From Chloroflexota bacterium (GTDB taxonomy: Bacteria; Chloroflexota; Dehalococcoidia; Lucifugimonadales; UBA3495): 64,000 nucleotides of DNA. The notes below the pieces were generated by a model, which searched no databases, was not told the origin of the DNA, and saw only the letters and a program-made list of their open reading frames with translations. The position numbers were made by a program, and so were the translations under genes. The DNA lies in contig JAPPLU010000073.1 in NCBI GenBank assembly GCA_028874075.1, positions 16,973 to 80,972 on the forward strand. Direction: 5' to 3'. Of the stretch, positions 9,655 through 17,688 are shown one piece after another; the first letter of the stretch is position 1; the number at the start of each line of letters is the position of its first letter.

Positions 9655-9805
9655 CCTTGACCTCTGGGGGATCCGGTGGATTTTGTCTGCTCTCCGGGCT
9701 ATACGTACGGACCCGGGGAGCGGACTCTAGTATCTAACAAAAGCCGAGCTTTCCGGAGGGAAAGCTCAGCCGACTACAGGAAATAACCGGACAAGGTTCC
9801 GGGAG

Positions 9806-10216
9806 TTAGCGGCGGATGCCGCTACGCATGGTCTGCATGGGAACGAAGGGCAGCAGGGCCAGGTGCCGGGCCCGCTTGATGGCATTGCTCAGGGCTCGCT
9901 GGTGCTTGGCGCAGACACCACTCTTGCGGCGAGGCTCAATCTTGGCCCGGTCCGAAACGTATCGGCGCAGGCGCTCGTAGTCCTTGTAATCAATGTGCTT
10001 GACGTGCTCCACGCAGAAGGAGCAGACCCGCCGGCGCGGCGCATAACGCCCCCGGGGACGTCCACCCGGACGGGGCCCTCCCTGCGGACGGGGCCCTCGC
10101 TGCTGGTAGCCGCCAGGACCGCCTGGGCGGGGTCCCTGGCCCGGGCCTCCCGGGGCGGGCCTGTCCTGGGCGGGTTGCGCCGGGGCTGTAGGTGTTGCCG
10201 GTGCGGGTGTCGTCAT
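9806..10216 (-). CDS. rpsR: 30S ribosomal protein S18 with a 60-aa P/G/R-rich N-terminal extension
   Basis: The C-terminal part, [59 protein letters not shown], is canonical S18. Gene order is rpsF-ssb-rpsR. Confidence 0.9.
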   Translation of the reverse strand: MTTPAPATPTAPAQPAQDRPAPGGPGQGPRPGGPGGYQQRGPRPQGGPRPGGRPRGRYAPRRRVCSFCVEHVKHIDYKDYERLRRYVSDRAKIEPRRKSGVCAKHQRALSNAIKRARHLALLPFVPMQTMRSGIRR

Positions 10217-10290
10217 TCTGCTAGTCTTCCTTCGCTATTGATCGGGCGCTATTGATCGGGACTGTCGCCGGGCCTGGGTTAAACGCCGGG

Positions 10291-10779
10291 CTAGAAGGGC
10301 AGATCGTCAATGTCATCGGGCTGGTTGCCGTAGCCTCCGCCCATACCTCTGCCTCCGCCCATGCCCCCGCCGTAACCGCCGGGGTTGTTGTAGTCTTCCA
10401 TGCCGCCCCGGCCTGCATCCCCACCGTAGGGGGCGCGGTCCTCGTCCATGCCTCCCCCGCGGGACCCGAGCATCTGCATTTCCGTCATTCGCACGTCGTT
10501 AGAAACGCGGGGCTGACCATCGTTCCCAGTGAATATGCGGGTGGTCAGGGTGCCTTCAACATACACCTGGCTGCCTCGGGTCAGGTACTGGTTGCATATC
10601 TCTGCCTGACGGCCCCACGCGTTTATGTTGAACCACATGGTCTCTTCCCGCTGCTCCCCGTCGGCAGTACGGTAGCGGCGGTTGGAAGCTACGCTGAAGG
10701 ACGTTACACCCTGTCCACTGGGGGTGTAACGCATTTCCGGGTCTCGACCCAGGTTGCCTATTATTACTATTTTGTGCAA
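10291..10779 (-). CDS. ssb: single-stranded DNA-binding protein
   Basis: OB-fold N-terminus (KIVIIGNLGRDPEMRYTPSGQGVTSFSVASNRRY) and a Gly-rich tail ending in DDIDDLPF. Confidence 0.92.
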   Translation of the reverse strand: MHKIVIIGNLGRDPEMRYTPSGQGVTSFSVASNRRYRTADGEQREETMWFNINAWGRQAEICNQYLTRGSQVYVEGTLTTRIFTGNDGQPRVSNDVRMTEMQMLGSRGGGMDEDRAPYGGDAGRGGMEDYNNPGGYGGGMGGGRGMGGGYGNQPDDIDDLPF

Positions 10780-10790
10780 GGTGACCTGCT

Positions 10791-11465
10791 TTAGGCCTCA
10801 GACTGTTCCTCTTCCGCAGGAGCTTCGCCTCCCTCGGCGGAAGCTTCCGCTTCGGCTGCGGTCTCCGTCTCCCCTTCGGCAACAGGAGTCTCAGTTGCGT
10901 TCTCTGCTTCCGCCACCGCTTCGGCGGTGGCTTCTGCCTCAGGCGCGGCGACCTCCGCAGGAGCTTCCGCTGTTTCTGTTTCTACGGCTGCCTCAGGGGC
11001 CGCTTCGGCAATTGATTCAGTAGTAGCTTCGGCGCTGGCCCCGGCCTCAGCGGCCGGAGTTGCGGCTGCCTCACCCTCGGTCGCGGCGGGAGCCTCGCCA
11101 CCCTCGGCAGCAGGCGCGGCTGCAGCAGGCGCGGGCCTTGCCGCCACCGGATCGGGCAGAATCTCCCGGTTGGGTATGGAGATTACCAGGGAGCGCAGCA
11201 CCCGCTCGTCCATGCGCAGGTAATTCTCCAGAGCCTGGTTGAAGGGAGTTTCCGTGGAGAACCGGATCAGGCGGTAGTTGCCTTCCAGAAAGTGGTACGA
11301 ACCCTGGTGGATGGGATACGCCAACCGGCGGGTGCCCCAGGGCTGTTCCTGGAAAATGTCCCCGTTCCGGTTGGTTATGAAGTCGTTAATCTGCCCGTGT
11401 GCCTCGCTAGTCTGGTCCTGGCTAAGCATGGGGCTGAGGATGGTAACAAGCTCGTAATGACGCAA
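10791..11465 (-). CDS. rpsF: 30S ribosomal protein S6 with a ~120-aa acidic Ala/Glu/Thr-rich C-terminal extension
   Basis: TTG start at 11465 with AGGAG 7 nt upstream. MRHYELVTILSPMLSQDQ... is the S6 N-terminus. It is followed by ssb and rpsR. Confidence 0.88.
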   Translation of the reverse strand: MRHYELVTILSPMLSQDQTSEAHGQINDFITNRNGDIFQEQPWGTRRLAYPIHQGSYHFLEGNYRLIRFSTETPFNQALENYLRMDERVLRSLVISIPNREILPDPVAARPAPAAAAPAAEGGEAPAATEGEAAATPAAEAGASAEATTESIAEAAPEAAVETETAEAPAEVAAPEAEATAEAVAEAENATETPVAEGETETAAEAEASAEGGEAPAEEEQSEA

Positions 11466-11507
11466 AAAACACTCCTGACTATGGACCCACTCTGAAACTG
11501 TTCGCCG

Positions 11508-11536
11508 ATTATAACATTGGCGGGTGGGCCGCTCAA
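11508..11536 (-). promoter_or_regulatory. sigma70-type promoter of the rpsF-ssb-rpsR operon
   Basis: Minus strand reads TTGAGC (11531-11536), a 17-nt spacer, then TATAAT (11508-11513). This is about 40 nt upstream of the rpsF start. Confidence 0.5.
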
Positions 11537-12781
11537 CTAGGAATCAAGCCCCGGAACCGGGAATGTGGAGGTAAGCTCCTTGACCGCACCCTTGACCTGC
11601 TTCATCACCTGGTCGTCGCCCATATTGTTCAGGACCTGGGAAATGAGGCGGGAGACCTCCTTGGTCTCGCCCTCACCAAATCCCCGGCTGGTAATGGCCG
11701 GAGTGCCCAGGCGCATGCCGCTGGCCACCCGGGGCGGCCTGGGGTCGAAGGGAATGGCGTTCTTGTTGGTGATGATGCCCACCGACTCGAGGGCCGTCTC
11801 CGCCTGCTGGCCGGTAATGTCCATGGGCGTCAGGTCCACCAGGATCAGGTGATTCTCGGTACCGCCGGAAACCAGCCTTAGTCCCGCCTCCGAAACCTCC
11901 GTGGACATGGTGGCGGCGTTGGCCACCACCTGCTGGGCGTAGCGGGCAAACTCGGGCCGCAGGGCCTCTCCGAAGCAGACCGCCTTGGCGGCAATGATAT
12001 GCATCAGCGGCCCTCCCTGCATATAAGGGAAGACGGCAAAGTCAATTTTGCGGGCCAGGTCGGCGGTGGACAGGATGAACCCGCCCCGGGGACCCCGCAG
12101 GCTCTTCTGGGTGGTGGAAGTTACCACGTGGGCGTGGGGGAAGGGCGACGGGTGCGCCCCACCGGCGATCAGTCCGGCGATGTGGGCCATGTCCACCATC
12201 AGGTACGCCCCCACCTCGTCGGCAATGGCCCGGAACCGGGGAAAGTCCAGTATCTTGGCGTAGGCGCTGCAACCCGCCACAATCAGCTTGGGCCGGTGTT
12301 CCCTGGCCAGCCTTTCAACCTCGTCGTAGTCGATCAGCTCGCTGTCCTTGTCCACCCCATAAGGTACGAAGTTGTAAAGCTTGCCGGAGAAATTGACGTT
12401 GGCGCCGTGGGTCAGGTGGCCCCCGTGGGACAGTTCCATGCCCATGACCGTGTCGCCCGGCTCCAGCAGCGCGAAGTAGACCGCCATGTTGGCCTGGGCG
12501 CCGCTGTGTGGCTGGACGTTGGCGTGTTCGGCCCCGAACAACTCCTTCGCCCGGTCAATGGCCAGCGACTCCACCACGTCCACGTGTTCGCAGCCGCCGT
12601 AGTAGCGGCGTCCGGGGTAGCCCTCGGCGTACTTGTTGTTCATCACGCTGGTCTGGGCTTCCAGCACCGCCTTGCTGGCGTAGTTTTCCGAGGCGATGAG
12701 GACGACGCAGTCGCGCTGGCGGGCGTCCTCCATCTCAATGGCGCGAAAGACATCGGGGTCTTGCTGGGCGAGCAGGGACAT
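11537..12781 (-). CDS. glyA: serine hydroxymethyltransferase
   Basis: 414-aa ORF with [18 protein letters not shown] and [14 protein letters not shown] (PLP lysine) motifs. Confidence 0.93.
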   Translation of the reverse strand: MSLLAQQDPDVFRAIEMEDARQRDCVVLIASENYASKAVLEAQTSVMNNKYAEGYPGRRYYGGCEHVDVVESLAIDRAKELFGAEHANVQPHSGAQANMAVYFALLEPGDTVMGMELSHGGHLTHGANVNFSGKLYNFVPYGVDKDSELIDYDEVERLAREHRPKLIVAGCSAYAKILDFPRFRAIADEVGAYLMVDMAHIAGLIAGGAHPSPFPHAHVVTSTTQKSLRGPRGGFILSTADLARKIDFAVFPYMQGGPLMHIIAAKAVCFGEALRPEFARYAQQVVANAATMSTEVSEAGLRLVSGGTENHLILVDLTPMDITGQQAETALESVGIITNKNAIPFDPRPPRVASGMRLGTPAITSRGFGEGETKEVSRLISQVLNNMGDDQVMKQVKGAVKELTSTFPVPGLDS

Positions 12782-12891
12782 AGCAGAAGCCTACCTTTTT
12801 TCGAGCAAATAAAAAGCCGGGCCACCGGGGGAGATGGCTACCAGAACCACTCCACCCCGCCGCTGCCGCGCCGCGGCCAAGCCACAAATTT

Positions 12892-12921
12892 AGTATACCG
12901 TTAGGGCACTTGGGGTGTCAA
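12892..12921 (-). promoter_or_regulatory. sigma70-type promoter upstream of glyA
   Basis: Minus strand reads TTGACA (12916-12921), an 18-nt spacer, then TATACT (12892-12897). This leaves a leader of about 105 nt before the glyA ATG. Confidence 0.5.
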
Positions 12922-13169
12922 AGTTGGGGGGCGGGGCGGCCAGGACCGATTACAAAGCTTTCCTTGAACCGTTCTTGATGATCTTGTCGGGCTATGCACC
13001 ACTTGGGCGGATTTCCTTCAACAGGCTCAGGATGAGGGCAGAGAGCGGATATTGCTTAGACTTGTTGATCGTCTTGTAGGGCAGGCTATATCGACTATAA
13101 AATTATCGATTTATTCCTTCCCTATTTGTTGGTAGCGTTTCATTCCAGGTGGTTCAAAATGCCGGAAAC

Positions 13170-13194
13170 GTAGGGGCAGACCTATGTGTCTGCC
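13170..13194. repeat. REP-like hairpin GTAGGGGCAGAC-CTATGT-GTCTGCC
   Basis: 7-bp stem GGCAGAC/GTCTGCC (13175-13181 and 13188-13194). A degenerate second copy (GTACGGACCTGCGTGTCTGCCC) lies at 15809-15830. Confidence 0.6.
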
Positions 13195-13216
13195 TTGGTG
13201 TCCCGAACGAAACCAC

Positions 13217-13966
13217 CTAAATTGGAACGCTGCCTATTTGTTCCATGATTCTTGCTCCCAGCACTTCTATGGCTATAGTTGACTCTCTATCCAACTGAAT
13301 CACTGCCGGTTCATCTTCATCGGGGTTGTATTGAACCAACCGAAGCCCAACGCGTAATGAAGTAAGAATGAGAACAGCCCAAATAGCCATCGACATCATC
13401 ACATTTTTGTAATGATACTCCTCTCCCATGACGTCAATTCCATAAGGACTGCTATTGAGAAAAACTGATCCCGTACTGAAGTGAGAAAACATTCGGCTCA
13501 TCTTGCTGTAAACAATGTTATCCAGGACGTTAGGTTGGTCTAACCCCTTAAGTTTGTTACGCACTTTGGATGCGCTGAACTTCGAGTCCCGCTGGTTATG
13601 ATTGGAGGACAAGAAAGATTTCAGTTCTTTCTCGTCGCTGGTTAACAGCAGCATGAGATTGCATCCTTCCCCGATAGTTCTCAAAGTAGATAGAGCCTCC
13701 GCAACGTAACCCTTTTCTAGAAGCGTAAGCGCAGCGAAAGCATGGCTGACCATGCGCTCCAGCATGAATGTTAATTCAATCTCGACGTGGGAACGCTGTA
13801 TGACGGCAGCGTCCCTTAGGACATAAAGGGAACGAATAGCCTTATCAAGTACATCAGATAATTCCGTATCTTTTTCCGAATGAATCCACGACCAAAACAG
13901 TGATTCCATTTGATTATCGAATTCCCTACGGGCGTGGTACAGAGAGTCTCCTGAAGGTATTTCCAT
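13217..13966 (-). CDS. hypothetical protein (low-GC orphan)
   Basis: Track ORF is 13217..14080. ATG 13966 is preferred because AGGAG lies 6 nt upstream. A spot count of 13441-13500 gives 25/60 G+C (42%). I recognise no family motif. Confidence 0.6.
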   Translation of the reverse strand: MEIPSGDSLYHARREFDNQMESLFWSWIHSEKDTELSDVLDKAIRSLYVLRDAAVIQRSHVEIELTFMLERMVSHAFAALTLLEKGYVAEALSTLRTIGEGCNLMLLLTSDEKELKSFLSSNHNQRDSKFSASKVRNKLKGLDQPNVLDNIVYSKMSRMFSHFSTGSVFLNSSPYGIDVMGEEYHYKNVMMSMAIWAVLILTSLRVGLRLVQYNPDEDEPAVIQLDRESTIAIEVLGARIMEQIGSVPI

Positions 13967-14144
13967 ACAAATCTCCTGAGGAATCCTAGTCGGAGGGTGC
14001 CAGCGTTCATAAGTTGGAAACTGAAGCGAACGTATGGAACTCACCATGAATATTGAAGCTAGACATAAGGCCGAATTCACAGAGGGGAAGGCCTCTTGGT
14101 CCTAGAGGATCCGTTGGAGGAAAGTACGAAATTCTGGCCCACCC

Positions 14145-14330
14145 TTATCGTCCTGTCACCTTAGGAGGATTGTACATTTTCGGCTCAAAATGAAGCTCCA
14201 ACGCCTCCCTTAAATTGGAACGAGCCTCTTCCTTGCTTCTACTCTGGCTTGCCACATTCACTTCAACCGCTTGAGCAACCCACCAGTCACCTTCCTGCCA
14301 TACCAGTGCGGTGAATCTTCGCTTGCCCAT
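14145..14330 (-). CDS. hicB: HicB-like antitoxin N-domain protein (UPF0150 type), orphan
   Basis: 61 aa. FTALVWQEGDWWVAQAVEVNVASQSRSKEEARSNLREALELHF fits the HicB/UPF0150 fold pattern. It has no DNA-binding C-domain and there is no adjacent HicA ORF. Confidence 0.6.
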   Translation of the reverse strand: MGKRRFTALVWQEGDWWVAQAVEVNVASQSRSKEEARSNLREALELHFEPKMYNPPKVTGR

Positions 14331-14379
14331 TTACCTTTCCTCCACAAGTAGCTCGAAAATCCATCTTACCATCCCACCC

Positions 14380-14413
14380 AAAACCAAAGGCCCGGCGTCC
14401 AATCCGCCGGGCC
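14380..14413 (-). terminator. rho-independent terminator after the TPP-decarboxylase beta gene
   Basis: 9-bp GC stem GGCCCGGCG/CGCCGGGCC (14389-14397 and 14405-14413). On the minus strand it is followed by TTTGGTTTT. Confidence 0.65.
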
Positions 14414-14441
14414 CTCTTCTTACCTGAAGCTAACCTGCCCC

Positions 14442-15032
14442 CTACGGCCCCTCAATCCCCAACTCCCCCTTCAAATCGTCAATAACCTGGGTGCGCGAGC
14501 GGGTCTGCCAGCGAACACGGGCGCCGATGGGCGTGTTCTCCACCTCCGGCTCCACCTTCAGGGCCACGAACACCGGCCCCGGCTGCCCCAGGATTTCCTC
14601 GATGCTGCTGGCGAAGTCCTCCAGGTTGTCGAAGGCGTAGGTAGCCGGGTAGCCCGACCCCTTGGCGATTACGTCGTAGGCAATGTTCTTGGCGTTGGGT
14701 ACCGGCTGCCCGCCCGTGGTGGCGTAGCACTCGTTGTCCAGCATGAAGTGGTAGAAGTTGGCGGGGGCCTTCTCCGCGATGGTGGGCAGGGCGCCCATGT
14801 TCATCAGCACGTCCCCCTCCGAATCAAACAGGATCACCCGCTCCTCGGGCAGGGACAGGGCCACGCCCAGGCCAAAGGAGGCGTGGCCGCCCATGGCCGG
14901 ATCGCCTACCGGCAGGTCCCGGTTGGGCTGGTCGCTGATCTCGGTCCAGTGCCGCCCGCCGCGGCCTGGAATGACGATGGAGTTGCCCCGGTGAGGAGCA
15001 AAGGCTCTTAGCATGTCTGCGGTGTCAATCAT
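14442..15032 (-). CDS. TPP-dependent decarboxylase beta subunit (sulfopyruvate/phosphonopyruvate decarboxylase-like), divergent TPP motif
   Basis: 196-aa ORF homologous to the PP-binding half of split ComDE-type enzymes. The motif region reads ILFDSEGDVLMNMGALPT...FMLDNECY, whereas the canonical form is GDG...N. Confidence 0.7.
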   Translation of the reverse strand: MIDTADMLRAFAPHRGNSIVIPGRGGRHWTEISDQPNRDLPVGDPAMGGHASFGLGVALSLPEERVILFDSEGDVLMNMGALPTIAEKAPANFYHFMLDNECYATTGGQPVPNAKNIAYDVIAKGSGYPATYAFDNLEDFASSIEEILGQPGPVFVALKVEPEVENTPIGARVRWQTRSRTQVIDDLKGELGIEGP

Positions 15033-15140
15033 CTCGCCTCGCTAATTTGCTTGGTTGGACCGGATATAAAGGGTAGCAACCTTGTTCTCCAGGTTATGTA
15101 CCGGAACATGCAGGAAAACCCCGTATATCCATGTTTGTAT

Positions 15141-15659
15141 CTACCGATTAAACCCGTGGTACTCATCCCCTACCAGCACCGCCACCGGGCGGCGGGTGCG
15201 GGACGCCTCTTCGAAGGCCACGGAAATGCGGGGCGCGTCCTCGCCACTCTCCACCAGGTAGTATTGAATGCCGAAGGCGTTCAGGAACCGCTCGGTGTAG
15301 GTGGCGGCGGTATCGGTGTTCACGCCGTGGCGCGTCCAGCCCCGGTAACCCACCATCATCACCACCGGAATGTTCAGGCTCAGGCCCCAGCCCCGCAGCG
15401 AGTCGCCCGACTCCATCATCCCCGTGTTCTGGATGAGGATAACCGGCTTCTTGCCGCCCACGGTCAGGCCGGCGGCGGTGGAAAAGGCCTGCCCTTCCCG
15501 GCTTACGGGAATCAGGTCCAGGTCCGGGTCTGCCTCCATCAGCAGATACAGGAAGTTGGTCTCGCTGTCCGGCAGCCACACCACGTGGGTGACCCCGTTC
15601 TTCTTCATTTCAGCCATGACCACTTCAGGGCTGAGTTCGCCTTCCGCGTGCTGCGTCAT
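15141..15659 (-). CDS. TPP-dependent decarboxylase alpha subunit (ComD-like, pyrimidine-binding half)
   Basis: 172-aa ORF. GVTHVVWLPDSETN...IPVSREGQAFSTAAGL...VILIQNTGMMESGD is typical of the N-terminal TPP_enzyme_N half. It pairs with 14442..15032. Confidence 0.7.
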   Translation of the reverse strand: MTQHAEGELSPEVVMAEMKKNGVTHVVWLPDSETNFLYLLMEADPDLDLIPVSREGQAFSTAAGLTVGGKKPVILIQNTGMMESGDSLRGWGLSLNIPVVMMVGYRGWTRHGVNTDTAATYTERFLNAFGIQYYLVESGEDAPRISVAFEEASRTRRPVAVLVGDEYHGFNR

Positions 15660-15808
15660 TCGTCTACCTGCCTTTGCCGGGCTATGCCCGTCAGCTTTGG
15701 GTTGGCTTGATTATAGCCCCGGCAGGTGCCCTGTCAACTTGGGGTGAGGCCTGGCGGGGTTAGTGTTTCGAGGGGATTGGTTAGCGGATTGGTCAACGGG
15801 AGCCGCAG

Positions 15809-15830
15809 GTACGGACCTGCGTGTCTGCCC
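15809..15830. repeat. degenerate copy of the GGCAGAC/GTCTGCC REP-like hairpin
   Basis: GTACGGACCTGCGTGTCTGCCC shares the right arm and flank with 13170-13194. It produces the spurious GTDLRVCP peptide in track ORF 15763..15975. Confidence 0.5.
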
Positions 15831-16006
15831 TGTTGCGTTTATGCTTACCCTGGAGAGAGCGGAGGCTGAGATGGTCGATGTGATGACTGTGGCTGGACCG
15901 GATGTGGTCGCCTCCCCGTTTGCCCCCAATCTTCTGGCAGACAGGACGGCCGACCACAGCCGGACCTTATGCTAGTGCGGTGAAAGAGACCCGAAAAGCG
16001 CCTTCC

Positions 16007-16135
16007 CTATGCGACAACCAGGATAATCGCGACCGCCAGGACCACGCAGGCCGCCACCGCCCAGAACCAGACCACGCCGGTTCCCCTGAACCTCTTCTCG
16101 GTCGTACGGCCTATATAGACTGAACTCGGGGGCAT
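16007..16135 (-). CDS. small (42-aa) single-TM membrane protein
   Basis: Own translation: MPPSSVYIGRTTEKRFRGTGVVWFWAVAACVVLAVAIILVVA*. A strong RBS (AAGGAGGAAGG) sits directly upstream of the ATG at 16133-16135. It is too short to appear in the ORF track. Confidence 0.45.
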   Translation of the reverse strand: MPPSSVYIGRTTEKRFRGTGVVWFWAVAACVVLAVAIILVVA

Positions 16136-16516
16136 ACCTTCCTCCTTGTATTTTTCAAGAGTCTACGGCATCCGGGCTATAGCACCGCTTGGGTCTTCTG
16201 TCCCTGCCTTGGCTCCCGCCTTCTGTCCCTTCATTTCGATGAAGCCTGGCGGCGATTCTTGACAGGACTTTGCGTAAGCCGTTCCAGATGGCCCGCCATC
16301 CAGTAGGACAGCAGCAGGGCCAGCGGGAACAACAATTGCAGCGTAAACATCCGTTCCACCCCTCCCTTCTCTGGGCTGCGCCAGGACGAATAGGCGCAGG
16401 AATTCCTGGCCGCGACTGTCCCAGACTTAAGCATCAACAGTTATGCTTTTTACCCAATTGATAATATCGGGCTAATGTATCGGGCACAACGGAAATTTAT
16501 GCGTTAATCGTGAATA

Positions 16517-17539
16517 TTGCGGGCTTGGGGAAAAGGCCAGCCGTCGGGCTGTTGGCGAGGGTATTTGCTTCAGCGGTCACTGGAAACGCTGGGCTTGACT
16601 TCACCACGTGCTCCTACTAACGTCATCGCTGGGAACGCCATCGCCCGCGCGGCCCTGAAGCCATCAACCCGGGGAAAACGCACCTTGGACCAGGTACCCT
16701 ACATCACCTTCCCTCAACTGCTGGACCAATTCGACGCAATCCTCTTCGACTCCGACGGCGTCCTGGTCCGCTGGCCAGCGGCCATTCCCCACGCTCCTGA
16801 GGCCATAGCGGAGCTTAACGCCCTGGGCAAGCCCTACTTCGTCCTCACCAACGACGCCTCCCAGGTGGCCGAAACCCGCGCCGCACGCTACGCCCAACTG
16901 GGCCTGGCCATAGACCCGGACAAAATCATTAGTTCCGGCATGCTGCTGAAGACGTGGTTTGAAGACCATGGGCTGCAGGGCTCGCGGTGCGTGGTCCTGG
17001 GTACCGAGGACAGCGCCAAATACGTGCGGGACGCCGGCGGGACGGTGGTGCCCTTCCATGAGGACTTCGACGTGCTGGTGGTCGGCGACCAGGACGGCTT
17101 CCCCTTCCTCGACGCCACCCGCTCCGTCCTGACCACTCTCTTCCGCAAGCTGGACCGGAACGACACCCCTCGCATGGTGGTCCCCAACCCCGACCTCTTC
17201 TACCCGGAACAGGACGGTTTCGGCTTCGCCAGCGGCTCCGTAGCCGGCATGTTCGAGTCCGCCCTGGCCCTGCGCTACCCCCACCGTCCCGACCTCACCT
17301 TCGCCCGCCTGGGCAAGCCCCACCCGGCCATGTTCGAGGAAATCTTCCGCCGCACCCCCACCCGCAACCTGGCAATGATCGGCGACACCCCCAGCACGGA
17401 TATTCGGGGGGCCAACAATGTGGGGATTACGTCGGTGCTGGTAGAAACAGGCGGGGGTTCCGTGGATTTGGGAAGCTTGCCGGAGGGGGATGTGCCGGAT
17501 TATGTGTTGGAGTCTTTGGAGGATATAGGGAGTGGATGA
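16517..17539 (+). CDS. HAD-superfamily (subfamily IIA-like) hydrolase; start unresolved
   Basis: AILFDSDGVLVRW (DxDG nucleophile), VLTNDAS, GKPHPAMFEE and MIGDTPSTDIRGA are HAD motifs I-IV. The first ~60 codons of the track ORF look non-native, so a later TTG/GTG start is likely. Confidence 0.7.
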   Translation: MRAWGKGQPSGCWRGYLLQRSLETLGLTSPRAPTNVIAGNAIARAALKPSTRGKRTLDQVPYITFPQLLDQFDAILFDSDGVLVRWPAAIPHAPEAIAELNALGKPYFVLTNDASQVAETRAARYAQLGLAIDPDKIISSGMLLKTWFEDHGLQGSRCVVLGTEDSAKYVRDAGGTVVPFHEDFDVLVVGDQDGFPFLDATRSVLTTLFRKLDRNDTPRMVVPNPDLFYPEQDGFGFASGSVAGMFESALALRYPHRPDLTFARLGKPHPAMFEEIFRRTPTRNLAMIGDTPSTDIRGANNVGITSVLVETGGGSVDLGSLPEGDVPDYVLESLEDIGSG

Positions 17540-17688
17540 GTTAAGTGTGCCTTAACCCGGCCTCTTCATTGCCGGTAGCCAGGGGCGGTGATACGATAAA
17601 TTGAGCACGTTCAGCAGATTTAATGTGGCGCGCTGGAAAGGTTGCCACCCGGCAGCGCCAAAGCCCGTTGCCTTTCTATCCCCGGTAG

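Noticed and set aside
12782-12891. ZTP (pfl) riboswitch upstream of glyA.
   Set aside because: The conserved ACUGGCG and CCGCCUGGGC pseudoknot elements are absent. Only generic hairpins are present.
15711-16437. Track ORFs 15711..15929, 15763..15975, 15902..16123, 16231..16437 and 16270..16461 in the gap between the TPP-decarboxylase and HAD genes.
   Set aside because: They overlap each other and REP-like hairpins (the GTDLRVCP peptide), and they lack an RBS. Only the untracked 42-aa ORF at 16007-16135 has a strong RBS and a clean TM helix. A 39-aa ORF at 16231-16350 with a GGGAGGGG RBS remains possible but is too weak to report.
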